This document shows positions 10,090 through 19,636 of a DNA stretch of 64,000 nucleotides, one piece after another. The notes below the pieces were generated by a model. The model saw only the letters and a program-made list of their open reading frames with translations. It ran no database searches and was not told the origin of the DNA. Origin of the DNA: Bacteriovoracia bacterium (lineage in GTDB: Bacteria > Bdellovibrionota > UBA1018 > JBFWNL01); NCBI GenBank assembly GCA_050251055.1, contig JBFWNL010000001.1:299825-363824 (forward strand). The letters are read 5' to 3'. Position 1 is the stretch's first letter. Each line of letters starts with the position of its first letter. The translations under genes were made by a program, and so were the position numbers.

Positions 10090-11748
10090 ATGACGGAACT
10101 TTTTAAAAACAACCAGTTGTTATTTCCTGAGTTGTTTGGGATCCTAATAGGGAGAATGCAGCCCCTCAAAGGCGGAGCAGTTGTAATCATCCTGATGCAG
10201 TTGATCCAGCCCACCGGCTTGCAGGCGGCGGAGTCCAAGCCACGCGCCACGTCTCGACCTCGAACCTCCATTCCGCCTTCCAAGACGAACTCCGCGAGAA
10301 CCCGCCCGACGGCGCCGACCGCCAAGGCGACGCCCGCCCCTAAGGCGCCGAGTAAAAACGCGGCGAAACCTGCGGCGCCCGTGAAGCTAGAACCTTACGT
10401 GCCACCGGAAAACTTTCCGGATCTGCCGAAGTTCAACATCAAAACTGTCGACGCCAAGGGAAAGGTCGTAACCCTGCAGTGGAAACAGCGAGGCCAATGG
10501 ATTTGGGAAAAAACGCCCCAGCTCTATCTGCTACTGCAACTCCCCCTAGGCTATACGCTCTCCAAGCTCAAGCGGGCATCGACCGTGCTCAAGAAAAACC
10601 CCGTTTGGGCCAAAGGGGAAAAAGACGGTGGAGACATCGCGGCGTTTCAGATCGAGGCGCCGCTTCAGACGGCGACACTCGAGATTCTCGACGCCAAGAA
10701 ACAAGTGCAGGAAGTTAGCGTCATCGTGGAAACGAGCAGCGAAGGGGGCATCGTGCAGATGGACCCCACCTGCGCGGAAGCGGGTATGGTCATGAGCCCG
10801 ATCGGCAAGCCCAAGGAGGACGAGCATCCCCTCTTCCTCGTCGGCACCTGCCAGATGATCAACGATACGCAGGCGGAGTTGACGCTTCATTTTCCTAAAA
10901 CCCAGGAGATCCCCAAGCACACTTTTCGCAGCCCGCGGGAAAAGGGTACCGGCTTTCACAAGTTCTTTGTGAACAAAGAAACGGATATCAGCAAGAACGA
11001 GAAGCTGCCGCACTATAAGTTCATCCTCCGCGACACGAACACCTCGGACGCCTACCGCTACCAAATCGTCTGGGGAGCGGGCTCCTCGCGCAAACGCCTC
11101 TCCTTCAGCGCGGCCCTCTCCACGACTTATCTGCACTACACCGAGACCACCAACGTGAGCACGGTGAACCTCACCGAGTTCGCCATCACCGCGAAAGTGG
11201 GCGCCGCCTACCCGCTTTACAAAGACGCGCTCGATTTCGGGCTGAACTTCTTCATCAATGCATTGCCGGTCTACAAAAACGTTTACAACGGCACGGCCGA
11301 GCTCAGCCCCGCCGTGCGGTTTTACGGCATCAACACGCGCTTCGGATGGCGCCTACCCATCAAGTCACAGCGAATCGCCGTCCGCCTGAACGCGGGCTAC
11401 TATTTTTGGGGCATGATCATTCCTCCCGGTCCGAATGGCGAAGAGCCCACGTTCGGCATCCGCGCGCTGGGGGGACCGCAAGTGCTTCTCAGCACGAAGA
11501 TCGATCCGGGCAACGGCCATCCCTTCTGGTTCTACTTCAAGTTCGCGCCGATCTCGTCCGGGTTCGCGCTCGAGAACATCGCCAACCGCGAGATCGCCGG
11601 GGGCATGGGGTACCTCGTCAGCCCGCGCACCAGCAAATGGACCTGGTCGATCACCGCGGATATCTCCGACTTCAAATTCCAGCCGCCGGAGTTCACGAAC
11701 CAAATCAGCCTTTTCACCACGAGCCTGGGGTTAGAAGTTGGATTTTAG
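10090..11748 (+). CDS. Exported hypothetical protein with Pro/Thr/Ser/Ala-rich N-terminus and C-terminal outer-membrane beta-barrel (start uncertain)
   Basis: Low-complexity linker after a hydrophobic segment; alternating aromatic strands ending GLEVGF (BAM-type terminus). Confidence 0.7.
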   Translation: MTELFKNNQLLFPELFGILIGRMQPLKGGAVVIILMQLIQPTGLQAAESKPRATSRPRTSIPPSKTNSARTRPTAPTAKATPAPKAPSKNAAKPAAPVKLEPYVPPENFPDLPKFNIKTVDAKGKVVTLQWKQRGQWIWEKTPQLYLLLQLPLGYTLSKLKRASTVLKKNPVWAKGEKDGGDIAAFQIEAPLQTATLEILDAKKQVQEVSVIVETSSEGGIVQMDPTCAEAGMVMSPIGKPKEDEHPLFLVGTCQMINDTQAELTLHFPKTQEIPKHTFRSPREKGTGFHKFFVNKETDISKNEKLPHYKFILRDTNTSDAYRYQIVWGAGSSRKRLSFSAALSTTYLHYTETTNVSTVNLTEFAITAKVGAAYPLYKDALDFGLNFFINALPVYKNVYNGTAELSPAVRFYGINTRFGWRLPIKSQRIAVRLNAGYYFWGMIIPPGPNGEEPTFGIRALGGPQVLLSTKIDPGNGHPFWFYFKFAPISSGFALENIANREIAGGMGYLVSPRTSKWTWSITADISDFKFQPPEFTNQISLFTTSLGLEVGF

Positions 11749-13003
11749 ACAAGTCACGCAGGCGTGCGTGATCGCACTCGTGGGTTTTTTACTTTTCATC
11801 GTCAACATCCAGTTCCCGCGGGGCCATAATTTCGACGAGTTCCACTACGTGCCCGCGGCCAAGGAGTTCTTAAAACTCGGTACGAACCGCAACTGGGAGC
11901 ATCCCCCGCTACCAAAATACTTCATCGCGGCCGGCATGGCCCTCGACGAAGACCGCCCCTTCGGCTGGCGTTGGGTGAGTTGCGTATTCGGCGCGATTAC
12001 GCTGGCCGGGATGTACTTCTGGGCGCTGGCGCTGTTCAGGCAGGAGCGCCTGGCGCTCTTCGTAACCTTCATCACGCTCTGCAACCACATGCTCTATGTC
12101 CAGTCGCGCATCGCGATGCTGGATATTTATATGATGGCGTTCCTGGTGTGGGCGCTGGCTTTCTTTACCCGGGCGGCCGATCCTGCGACGCCGGCGCGGG
12201 CGGCCAAACGTGCGCTGGCGGCAGCAGGGGTTTTGATTGGCCTCACGACGGCCTGCAAGTGGTTCGGGATGATTCCTTGGCTCGCGATCCTGGGTGTAAT
12301 CGTGGCGCTGAAGCTTCAGTTCAGTGATCGCAAGAGTTTCTGGCGCAAACTCGGCTACGGCTGGATCGCGGCGTGGTGGCTACTTATTCCGGCTGGGATC
12401 TACATGGCGACCTTCCTACCGCTACTGTTGCTCAAGGGAACGCATTACGGTTTTTGGGACCTCTTCCTACTACAAGGACAGATCTGGTCCGCGCAAAGCG
12501 CGCTGAAAAACACGCATCCCTACCTGAGTAGCTGGTACCAGTGGCCCCTGATCTCGCGGCCCATTTGGTACGCGTTCGATCACGAGCCTGGGCCAGCAGG
12601 GTGGGTGCGGGGCGTGCTCTTTCTGGGCAATCCCCTCGTCATGTGGTCAGGGCTCGTGGCCCTGGGATTCTGCGCTTGGAACTGGTTTAAGGAAGGCTCA
12701 CGGGTGGCACTGCTGATCCTTTTCTTTTACGGCGTCCTTTACCTGAGCTGGGCCGTCATCCCGCGGCACGTGAACTTCTACTACTATTACTTCCCCGCCG
12801 GTATGTCGCTGAGCCTGGCGGTCGCCTATGTATTCTCGCGCTACGACCAGGAATCCAGCCGTCGCCGAACCCTCTCCCCTTACCTGTTGGGCTACGCGGC
12901 GCTTTGCCTCGGGATCTTCGTCTACTTTTTTCCGGTGCTCGCGGCCCTAAGGATCCCGACGGAACACTTCAAGCGGTTCATGTGGTTTTCGAGCTGGGTT
13001 TAA
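11738..13003 (+). CDS. PMT-family (GT-C) protein O-mannosyltransferase-like glycosyltransferase
   Basis: FDEFHYV, EHPPLPKY, FGWR, SRIAMLD, CKW, HPYLSSWYQWP, LGNP; multiple TM helices. Confidence 0.85.
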   Translation: MDFRQVTQACVIALVGFLLFIVNIQFPRGHNFDEFHYVPAAKEFLKLGTNRNWEHPPLPKYFIAAGMALDEDRPFGWRWVSCVFGAITLAGMYFWALALFRQERLALFVTFITLCNHMLYVQSRIAMLDIYMMAFLVWALAFFTRAADPATPARAAKRALAAAGVLIGLTTACKWFGMIPWLAILGVIVALKLQFSDRKSFWRKLGYGWIAAWWLLIPAGIYMATFLPLLLLKGTHYGFWDLFLLQGQIWSAQSALKNTHPYLSSWYQWPLISRPIWYAFDHEPGPAGWVRGVLFLGNPLVMWSGLVALGFCAWNWFKEGSRVALLILFFYGVLYLSWAVIPRHVNFYYYYFPAGMSLSLAVAYVFSRYDQESSRRRTLSPYLLGYAALCLGIFVYFFPVLAALRIPTEHFKRFMWFSSWV

Positions 13004-13892
13004 GCGCGGCGTTGGCCGCGAAAAGCACTTCGTAGGTACGGAACGCGTAACGTGTCTTCAGCCCCAGCCGGCGCTGGATCTCGTCCAAATCCACGCCTTG
13101 TTGCTGCCAGTGACAAACCACCGAATGCCGAATGATCCGCGGCGTGAGTTTGGCGAACCCCAACCGTCGAGCCATGGCTTTGACCAGCAGCTCGACACCT
13201 CTTGGACTCATCGGTCCCGAAAGCGGCCCGTGCCGCGTGTGCCCAGAAAATAACCACTTTCCCACTAGCCCCCGCTTACGGGCGAAAGCCTGCAGATCCG
13301 CGTGGGCCCGGGGGGAAAGCGGCACCTCGCGGGGGGACTTGCCACCGAAGGAAAGGCGATTAGGGGCGCTGCCTACCCCTTGTTCTGTCGTCAACTGCCC
13401 CAGCTCACTCACCAAGCAGCCGGTTTCCAGCAGCAAGGTCAGCACGAGACGATTCCGCTCGTCTAGCTCCGTCGCCACAGGAAGGCGCGCCACCTGATCC
13501 GCGAGCGGCATCACCGCAACCGTAAACGGGACCTTCTCTAGCTTGCCCGGCGCGGGCACTTTCAAAGCCGGATCCACTTCGAGTTTGCCCCGGCGGTTGA
13601 GGTAGCGAAAAAGCCGGCGGACGGTGAGCACCTTACGGCGCCGGGTATTGACCTTTAGCCCTTGGACCTTAAGAAACGCGTTGTAAGCTTCCAGGTCCTT
13701 CTGGCCGACTTTTTCCAAGACGATGGGACGTCCCCGGAAGCGATGCTCGAGGTAACGCTGGAAGCTGAGGAGATCGGAACGGTAGCTGTTAACCGTATGC
13801 AGGGCTTTTTCCGTGCCCTGTAAATACCCTACGAAGCTTTTCATGACATAGGCATAAGTCAGCGGGTTGGGCGCGGATTTCGTAGCCTTCAT
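12978..13892 (-). CDS. XerC/XerD-like tyrosine recombinase homolog with degenerate active site
   Basis: N-domain [16 protein letters not shown]; catalytic domain [38 protein letters not shown]. Confidence 0.8.
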   Translation of the reverse strand: MKATKSAPNPLTYAYVMKSFVGYLQGTEKALHTVNSYRSDLLSFQRYLEHRFRGRPIVLEKVGQKDLEAYNAFLKVQGLKVNTRRRKVLTVRRLFRYLNRRGKLEVDPALKVPAPGKLEKVPFTVAVMPLADQVARLPVATELDERNRLVLTLLLETGCLVSELGQLTTEQGVGSAPNRLSFGGKSPREVPLSPRAHADLQAFARKRGLVGKWLFSGHTRHGPLSGPMSPRGVELLVKAMARRLGFAKLTPRIIRHSVVCHWQQQGVDLDEIQRRLGLKTRYAFRTYEVLFAANAALKPSSKTT

Positions 13893-13926
13893 TGACCTGG
13901 ATCCTACCATAGATTACAAGCATCCC

Positions 13927-14571
13927 ATGAAGATCTTTATTGATTCAGCGGAATTGAAAGAAATTGAGGCGGCCGCTAAGACTGGGCTGATCGACGGCGT
14001 GACCACGAACCCCTCCCTCGTCGCCAAGTCCGGGATGAAGTTTGAAGACTTGCTGCGGAGGATATGCGAACTAGTGGATGGGCCCATCAGCGCCGAAGTC
14101 ACCGCGCTCGACGCCCCCGGGATGATTGAACAGGGCCGCAAGCTCGCCGCCATGAACCGCAACATTGTCGTGAAGATCCCCCTCACCTTCGAAGGTCTGA
14201 AGGCCGCAAAGATTTTCGCGAAGGAAGGCATCCGCACGAACGTCACGCTTTGCTTCTCCCCCGTCCAAGCCATGCTTGCCGCCAAGGCGGGCGCGACTTA
14301 CATCTCCCCTTTCGTGGGACGCTTGGACGACATCGGGCACGTCGGGATGGACCTCATCCGCGATATCAAGACTTGTTACGACCACTACGGGTACTCCACG
14401 CAGATCCTCGTCGCCAGCGTTCGGCACGTGGAGCACATGGTGGAATCCATCCGCATCGGCGCCCACGTCGCCACCATCCCCTACAAGGTATTCAGCCAAC
14501 TCCTCGACCACCCGCTCACCGAAATCGGGCTCGCCAAGTTCATGAAGGACTGGGAAACCGCTAAGAAATAG
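13927..14571 (+). CDS. tal: Transaldolase / fructose-6-phosphate aldolase (short type)
   Basis: [42 protein letters not shown]. Confidence 0.93.
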   Translation: MKIFIDSAELKEIEAAAKTGLIDGVTTNPSLVAKSGMKFEDLLRRICELVDGPISAEVTALDAPGMIEQGRKLAAMNRNIVVKIPLTFEGLKAAKIFAKEGIRTNVTLCFSPVQAMLAAKAGATYISPFVGRLDDIGHVGMDLIRDIKTCYDHYGYSTQILVASVRHVEHMVESIRIGAHVATIPYKVFSQLLDHPLTEIGLAKFMKDWETAKK

Positions 14572-14749
14572 CGAATTCCCCATTACCCGAGCCGTCAAAG
14601 TTTCGACGCTCTAGCCGTTTTGTTAAGGCATTTTTTCGACCACTAGTTCTTTTTTGCCTACCTACGGTTTATGATTTCGACATTGGTTTCAGTAGTAGTG
14701 AAATAACCGTGCTCCAAGGAAAGAGCACCCATTGCCAAAGGAAGGCCTA

Positions 14750-15643
14750 ATGTTGATGTCGAAAAAGCACCTGCTGCCGTTAGTGGCTCTACTCGTCGCC
14801 GTGACCCCGGCGTCCGCGTCGATTCTCCCGGAAAACAGCCTGCATCTCTACGACGATCCCGGAAAAGTCGCCGAAATTACCGAAGAACAGTTCAACCAGA
14901 TCATCGATCGCGTGATCGACCTTTATAAGCCGGTCGTCGCTTTGCACGGCGGCGAACTCTCCTGCGAGAAGAAGTGGAAGGACGGCACCGTGAACGCCTA
15001 CGCCTCCCGCGACGGCAAGGTATGGACGGTCTCGATGTTCGGCGGGCTAGCTCGCCGTAAGGAAGTCACTCCAGACGGCTTCGCGCTCGTCGTTTGCCAC
15101 GAGTTGGGGCATCACCTGGGCGGGTTCCCCTTCTATCCGGATGAAGACTGGGCCGCTTCCGAAGGCCAGTCCGACTACTACGCTACGCAAGTTTGCGGCC
15201 GTAAGCTCTGGCAGACCGACTACGTGGAAAACGCCAAGGCCGCCGAAACCGTAGACAAGACGGCGAAAGCCCAGTGCGATAAGAACTGGCTCTCGACCGA
15301 GTCCCGCAATCTTTGCTACCGCATCGCCAACGGTTCGCTTTCGCTCGCCACGCTCCTGGGCGTGCTCGGCGGCACCGGCGCGCCGAAGTTCGATACGCCG
15401 GATATGAAGACCGTGAAGCAAACGAACCCGAACCATCCCGCCGCCCAATGCCGCCTGGACACTTACATGGCCGGCGCCCGCTGCGGAGTCCGCATGGACA
15501 CCGTCATGATCCCGGGCGTGGCGCACGCCAAGGGCCAAGACAGCATGGAAGCCGAGAAGGTTTCGACCTTTCAAGCTTGCGTCGCGACCGAAGGCTTTGC
15601 CGACGGCGTCCGCCCGGCTTGCTGGTTCAAGACTCGCTACTAG
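14750..15643 (+). CDS. Secreted HExxH zinc metalloprotease
   Basis: Signal peptide; VNAYA, MFGGLAR, CHELGHHLGG, EGQSDYY; C-terminal RPACWF; start at 14750 or 14756. Confidence 0.8.
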   Translation: MLMSKKHLLPLVALLVAVTPASASILPENSLHLYDDPGKVAEITEEQFNQIIDRVIDLYKPVVALHGGELSCEKKWKDGTVNAYASRDGKVWTVSMFGGLARRKEVTPDGFALVVCHELGHHLGGFPFYPDEDWAASEGQSDYYATQVCGRKLWQTDYVENAKAAETVDKTAKAQCDKNWLSTESRNLCYRIANGSLSLATLLGVLGGTGAPKFDTPDMKTVKQTNPNHPAAQCRLDTYMAGARCGVRMDTVMIPGVAHAKGQDSMEAEKVSTFQACVATEGFADGVRPACWFKTRY

Positions 15644-15664
15644 TTAGATTCCGTCAAAAGTGAG

Positions 15665-15701
15665 AACGCCCGGTAAGCCATGCTTATCGGGCGTTTTTTT
15701 T
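15665..15701 (+). terminator. Rho-independent terminator
   Basis: 14-bp stem AACGCCCGGTAAGC/GCTTATCGGGCGTT (one G:U) running into a T tract. Confidence 0.85.
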
Positions 15702-15742
15702 CCTAAAAGCGTGGGTCGACCACCAGGGTAAGGTAGAATTTC

Positions 15743-15781
15743 GGGGACGCCCGGCACCTCTCGCGGCCGCCGGGCGTCTCC
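15743..15781 (-). terminator. Hairpin downstream of the small lipoprotein gene
   Basis: GGGGACGCCCGGC...GCCGGGCGTCTCC just past the stop at 15788; weak U tail. Confidence 0.4.
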
Positions 15782-15787
15782 CTTTGC

Positions 15788-16099
15788 CTAGAACTCGCAG
15801 TTGAGCCCGTTTTCTTGCGCGAGCGCCCCGCACTTTTCCGGGCTAATGCCGTACTCGCCGCAAATACGGGCGACCGTGCCGCAACAATCCGTAGAGGGGT
15901 TAGAGCCCCCATTATTCCATATATCTAAGGGATTATAGGGACCGCCGGAGGGATCCAACGTCGGCGTGCATGCCAGCGTCAACTCCAGCTTAACCGCTTT
16001 CGGCATCGTTTTACACCCGGTTGCCGTGCCCAAGGTAAGTGCGCAAAGAACTCCCAGTACGATTGCCCGACTTAGACTCAAACGCATGATTTGCCCCAT
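15788..16099 (-). CDS. Small Cys-rich lipoprotein, hypothetical
   Basis: Signal peptide ending TATGC; six further Cys including a CC pair. Confidence 0.6.
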   Translation of the reverse strand: MGQIMRLSLSRAIVLGVLCALTLGTATGCKTMPKAVKLELTLACTPTLDPSGGPYNPLDIWNNGGSNPSTDCCGTVARICGEYGISPEKCGALAQENGLNCEF

Positions 16100-16372
16100 T
16101 TCTCTCAGTAGTTGTTCCCGGTTCTCCCTCTTAGATTCTCAGATCCGAAGCGACCGCGCAGCAGAAGGCGCGCAAGCAGGGGGGCTTTGCGAAGACCCTT
16201 GTAAACAAAAGGCGGTGGGCGCGTGCTTCAAGGGTACCCCGAACCCCAGCAAAAGGGGGGCTATATCCTTGAATCAACACGGCCTTTTTGTTCACAGAGT
16301 TACACGGAACTTGACTTCGCAGAGGGTTTCGTACATTTACGACGGTATACCCTCACAAATCCTATTCCGTAT

Positions 16373-16457
<85 letters not shown>

Positions 16458-16494
16458 CTTTTCCTTTTCTCTTTTAAAAAATAAAAACCCAACT

Positions 16495-16552
16495 GGGGGA
16501 CGCGCTTCCTGCGCTCGGCCCCTCAGCGCCTTCCTGGCCCGCGGACACCCCC
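16495..16552 (+). repeat. Dispersed double-hairpin repeat, core copy A
   Basis: GGGGGACGCGCTTCCTGCGC...CTCAGCGCCTTCCTGGCCCGCGGACACCCCC; 54/59 identical (counted by eye) to the reverse complement of 59323-59381. Confidence 0.9.
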
Positions 16553-16603
16553 TACCCAGTCTTTGAAGTGTAACTTTTCGGCTCGGAAGCCGTATTAGCC
16601 CGC

Positions 16604-16981
16604 ATGTTAGTCCCTAATCCTTTGGAATTCGACAGCTACCGTGCGTTTATCATCGCCTGCGTGGAGCGGAATAAACAGATGAACCGGAAATACAGCTACG
16701 GCTTCCTGGCCCGCCGATTAGGCTGGTCCCGGACCTATATTTCGGATGTCCTGGGGCAGCGCAAGCAACTATCCATCAAAAAGGCCTTCGAGCTCGCCAA
16801 GGCGCTCGAGATGACCCTCGAAGCCACCAAAGATTTAATTTTGCTCGTGGCCAAGGACCTCGGAGGTCCGGAAGGGCTCGAGTTTTTTCGACGGCAGACG
16901 GCCGCCGCTTCGACCACCTCAACGCCCCCCGAAGGGGGCGACCGCGGCCCCCTAAAAGCGTCCCCGGCACTTTGGCCGTAG
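16604..16981 (+). CDS. XRE-like HTH protein resembling the N-terminus of TIGR02147-family proteins
   Basis: YRAFI...NRKYSYGFLARRLGWSRTYISDVLGQRKQLS...LAKAL. Confidence 0.65.
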   Translation: MLVPNPLEFDSYRAFIIACVERNKQMNRKYSYGFLARRLGWSRTYISDVLGQRKQLSIKKAFELAKALEMTLEATKDLILLVAKDLGGPEGLEFFRRQTAAASTTSTPPEGGDRGPLKASPALWP

Positions 16982-17016
16982 GGTTTGTCTCGCGCGCATG
17001 CTAGGCTCGAAAGCTC

Positions 17017-18093
17017 ATGAACTTCTTAGCGCGCGCACTCGAGCCCCCTCGATACGGTTATTCCCGGGAGGGGAAGCTGTATGTTCCCAGTCGGCCCGAA
17101 CTCTTCCGCGAGTTCTTTCGCGGCCTGAACGTATTTGGATCCCGAAAGCGATGGCTCCCCTTCCTTTCCTGGCTCACGACCTTATCGCTCGCATTTCCGC
17201 TCGCAACTTTCCTCGAGCGCTACTTCAGCTGGACGTTCATGCTCGTGGGCTTCTTGTTCGCGATGGTAGTGCTCGGTAGCCACGGTACGTTTTGGTTGCA
17301 TCGTTATTGCACTCACCGCGCATACAAATTCCGCAACCTTTTTTGGCTCCAGGTTTGCCGAAACTTGGTGCCGAAGATCATTCCTGAGGAAACTTACGTG
17401 GTCTCGCACTACGTGCACCATCAGTTTTCCGAGCAGCCGGGCGACCCCTACAATGTCCACGGTGGCGGATGGTACTGCTTTCTCGCCGACGTCAACCACC
17501 AGGGTATTCGCAAGGATTTGACCGAAGCGGAATACACGCAAGTCTCCCGGCTTTTGAAAAACTCCGGAGTACGCCTGAACTCTTACCGGCAATATCAACG
17601 CTGGGGAACGCTATGCCATCCCGCCTGGACGATCGCCCACTTCGCCTTGAGTTGGGCGTTTTGGTACGGGGCGTACTATGCCGTCGGCGGACACGCGCTG
17701 GCCACGTGCCTATTCGGGTGGACCGGCGTTTGGTCCATTGGCGTACGCACTTACAATTTCGACGGTCACGGCCGCGGGAAAGACCGTCGCCGGGATGGGG
17801 TCGACTTCAACCGCGAAGATCTCTCGGTGAACCAAATTTGGCCGGGCTATGTTTCCGGCGAGTGGCATAACAACCATCACCTGTACCCTTATGGCGCCCG
17901 CAGCGGTTTTCTACCCCACCAGCTCGACCTACCGTGGCTCCTGATTCGGGGATTAGCGAAACTAGGCGTGATCACGTCCTACCATGACTTCCGAGACGAG
18001 TTTCTCCGCGATCACTACCTCCCTTGGCTGGAAAAACAAAAGACGGAGAAGGGCGCGATCGCTCTGCCGGAACTCGCACCGACCGAGAGCTGA
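17017..18093 (+). CDS. Membrane fatty-acid (acyl-CoA) desaturase
   Basis: His boxes HRYCTH, HYVHH, GEWHNNHH; TM segments. Confidence 0.88.
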   Translation: MNFLARALEPPRYGYSREGKLYVPSRPELFREFFRGLNVFGSRKRWLPFLSWLTTLSLAFPLATFLERYFSWTFMLVGFLFAMVVLGSHGTFWLHRYCTHRAYKFRNLFWLQVCRNLVPKIIPEETYVVSHYVHHQFSEQPGDPYNVHGGGWYCFLADVNHQGIRKDLTEAEYTQVSRLLKNSGVRLNSYRQYQRWGTLCHPAWTIAHFALSWAFWYGAYYAVGGHALATCLFGWTGVWSIGVRTYNFDGHGRGKDRRRDGVDFNREDLSVNQIWPGYVSGEWHNNHHLYPYGARSGFLPHQLDLPWLLIRGLAKLGVITSYHDFRDEFLRDHYLPWLEKQKTEKGAIALPELAPTES

Positions 18094-18244
18094 TTCGACC
18101 CCAGGAGGCCGGTTTTTTTGGCCCCAATTTCTCGCTTTTCTACCGGAGTCCAACGGACACCTCGCCTGCTGTTTCTTTCCCAATTCAAAAAAATCCCCCA
18201 GAGTTCTCTCATCATCCACGCACAGCTCTTTGCGTCAAAAGCTC

Positions 18245-18260
18245 CGGTATGGAACTTGCT
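18245..18260 (+). promoter_or_regulatory. Sigma54-type promoter
   Basis: CGGTAT-GGAAC-TTGCT (GG-N10-GC), followed by a GGAGG RBS and ATG 18293. Confidence 0.6.
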
Positions 18261-18292
18261 GAATTGCCCGGCAAATTCTCTAGGAGGGGACC

Positions 18293-19636
18293 ATGTTTCA
18301 AAAATCCAAACTGTTGGCAGGCATCGGTGCGTGTATCAGCGCATCGCTCATGATTATAAATTCCGGAAGCGCGGTGCGCGCGAGCGCCGATCGCAACTCA
18401 GAAACGATTGTCTTTGACGGAAGCACGCTGAATCTCACGCGTGACCTGCAAGACACGCTCTCGCATACCGTCTATGAAGACCGGCAGGTGCCGGATACCT
18501 GCTACGAACGAGTCGTAGTGGGTTACGAAACGCAGTGCCATACGGAATACGATCGGGTTTGCCACACGGAGACTCGCCCCGTTTGTCGCACGGAAACCCG
18601 ACGTGAATGTGACAACACCACCCGTCGCGAATGCTATCCAGAAACGCGCCGCGAGTGCGATCGCACCACTCGACGCGAATGCAGCCAGGAAACCAAATGC
18701 CACGACGTTCCCGATCAGATCTGCCATACGACGCCCAAAGGTGAACGCGAATGCCGGGACATCTCGCGCCGCGAGTGCAACTCGGAGACCGTATGCCGGG
18801 ACGTACCGGATGAGATCTGCCGTACCTATACCGAAAACGTCTGCCGCGACGTCCCTGACCAGATTTGCCGCACCTACGACGAACAGGTGTGCCGCGATGA
18901 AAGCGAGCAGGTTTGCGAAACCTATCCGCGCGAAGCCTGCGAAGAAGTCCCCGTCTACGAAGATCGTGCCTATGCCTGCACGCGTACCGAACGAGTGCCG
19001 GTAGGAACAGAGATCGATCTCGAGACCACCGCAAGCGTGCAAATCACTTTCAGCGGCGTCCCTACGGGCACAACCCCGAACGAGACGATGGCTCTGAGCC
19101 TTCGGGGGGATCAGCTAACGCTCGCGCAACTGAGCGGTAGCGGGCAATTGTTGCTACTCGTGGATAAGCGCATTGAAGTTCGCGATACGGGCACGAAACG
19201 CAAGCACATCGACGCCGTCTTTACGATCACAGTAATGAAGGTGGTGGATGTCACCGCTCCCCTCACCCGCGTCATCGAGGGACTGAACGCAAAGAAAGGG
19301 GTCATCAGCGCGACCCTGGGCGCGGTAAACCATCCCGAGACCTTGAGCCTGCAGCTCAAGATCACCAAGGGGCGCGATATCCTTATCGCTCGTGAGTTAA
19401 AAGACATCGAGTTCACGTTGACGGGCCTTAGCCCGTCGAAGCCGGGCTCCCCCGCCCTGACCCAGCTCACGATCGACGTAAGCCGGCTTGAATTGGCCAT
19501 GCCGGTCACCTCGGGCAAGCATGAGGTCACGTTAACGGCGGGGCTCAAGCCCGCGACGCGCGCACGCGCCCTCAACGCGAAGGTGCTGCCCGCGAAGCTC
19601 GAGCAATCTGCGAGCAAGAAGCTGTCGCTTAAATAG
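18293..19636 (+). CDS. Secreted protein with a 20-Cys mirror-symmetric repeat inserted in a beta-rich body
   Basis: GGAGG RBS, signal peptide, CX7 repeats at aa 70-229. Confidence 0.85.
   Translation: MFQKSKLLAGIGACISASLMIINSGSAVRASADRNSETIVFDGSTLNLTRDLQDTLSHTVYEDRQVPDTCYERVVVGYETQCHTEYDRVCHTETRPVCRTETRRECDNTTRRECYPETRRECDRTTRRECSQETKCHDVPDQICHTTPKGERECRDISRRECNSETVCRDVPDEICRTYTENVCRDVPDQICRTYDEQVCRDESEQVCETYPREACEEVPVYEDRAYACTRTERVPVGTEIDLETTASVQITFSGVPTGTTPNETMALSLRGDQLTLAQLSGSGQLLLLVDKRIEVRDTGTKRKHIDAVFTITVMKVVDVTAPLTRVIEGLNAKKGVISATLGAVNHPETLSLQLKITKGRDILIARELKDIEFTLTGLSPSKPGSPALTQLTIDVSRLELAMPVTSGKHEVTLTAGLKPATRARALNAKVLPAKLEQSASKKLSLK

Noticed and set aside
18500-18979. 24-bp periodic DNA as a possible CRISPR array or VNTR
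   Set aside because: Units are degenerate, in frame and explained by the CX7 protein repeat; no constant repeat with unique spacers and no cas genes.
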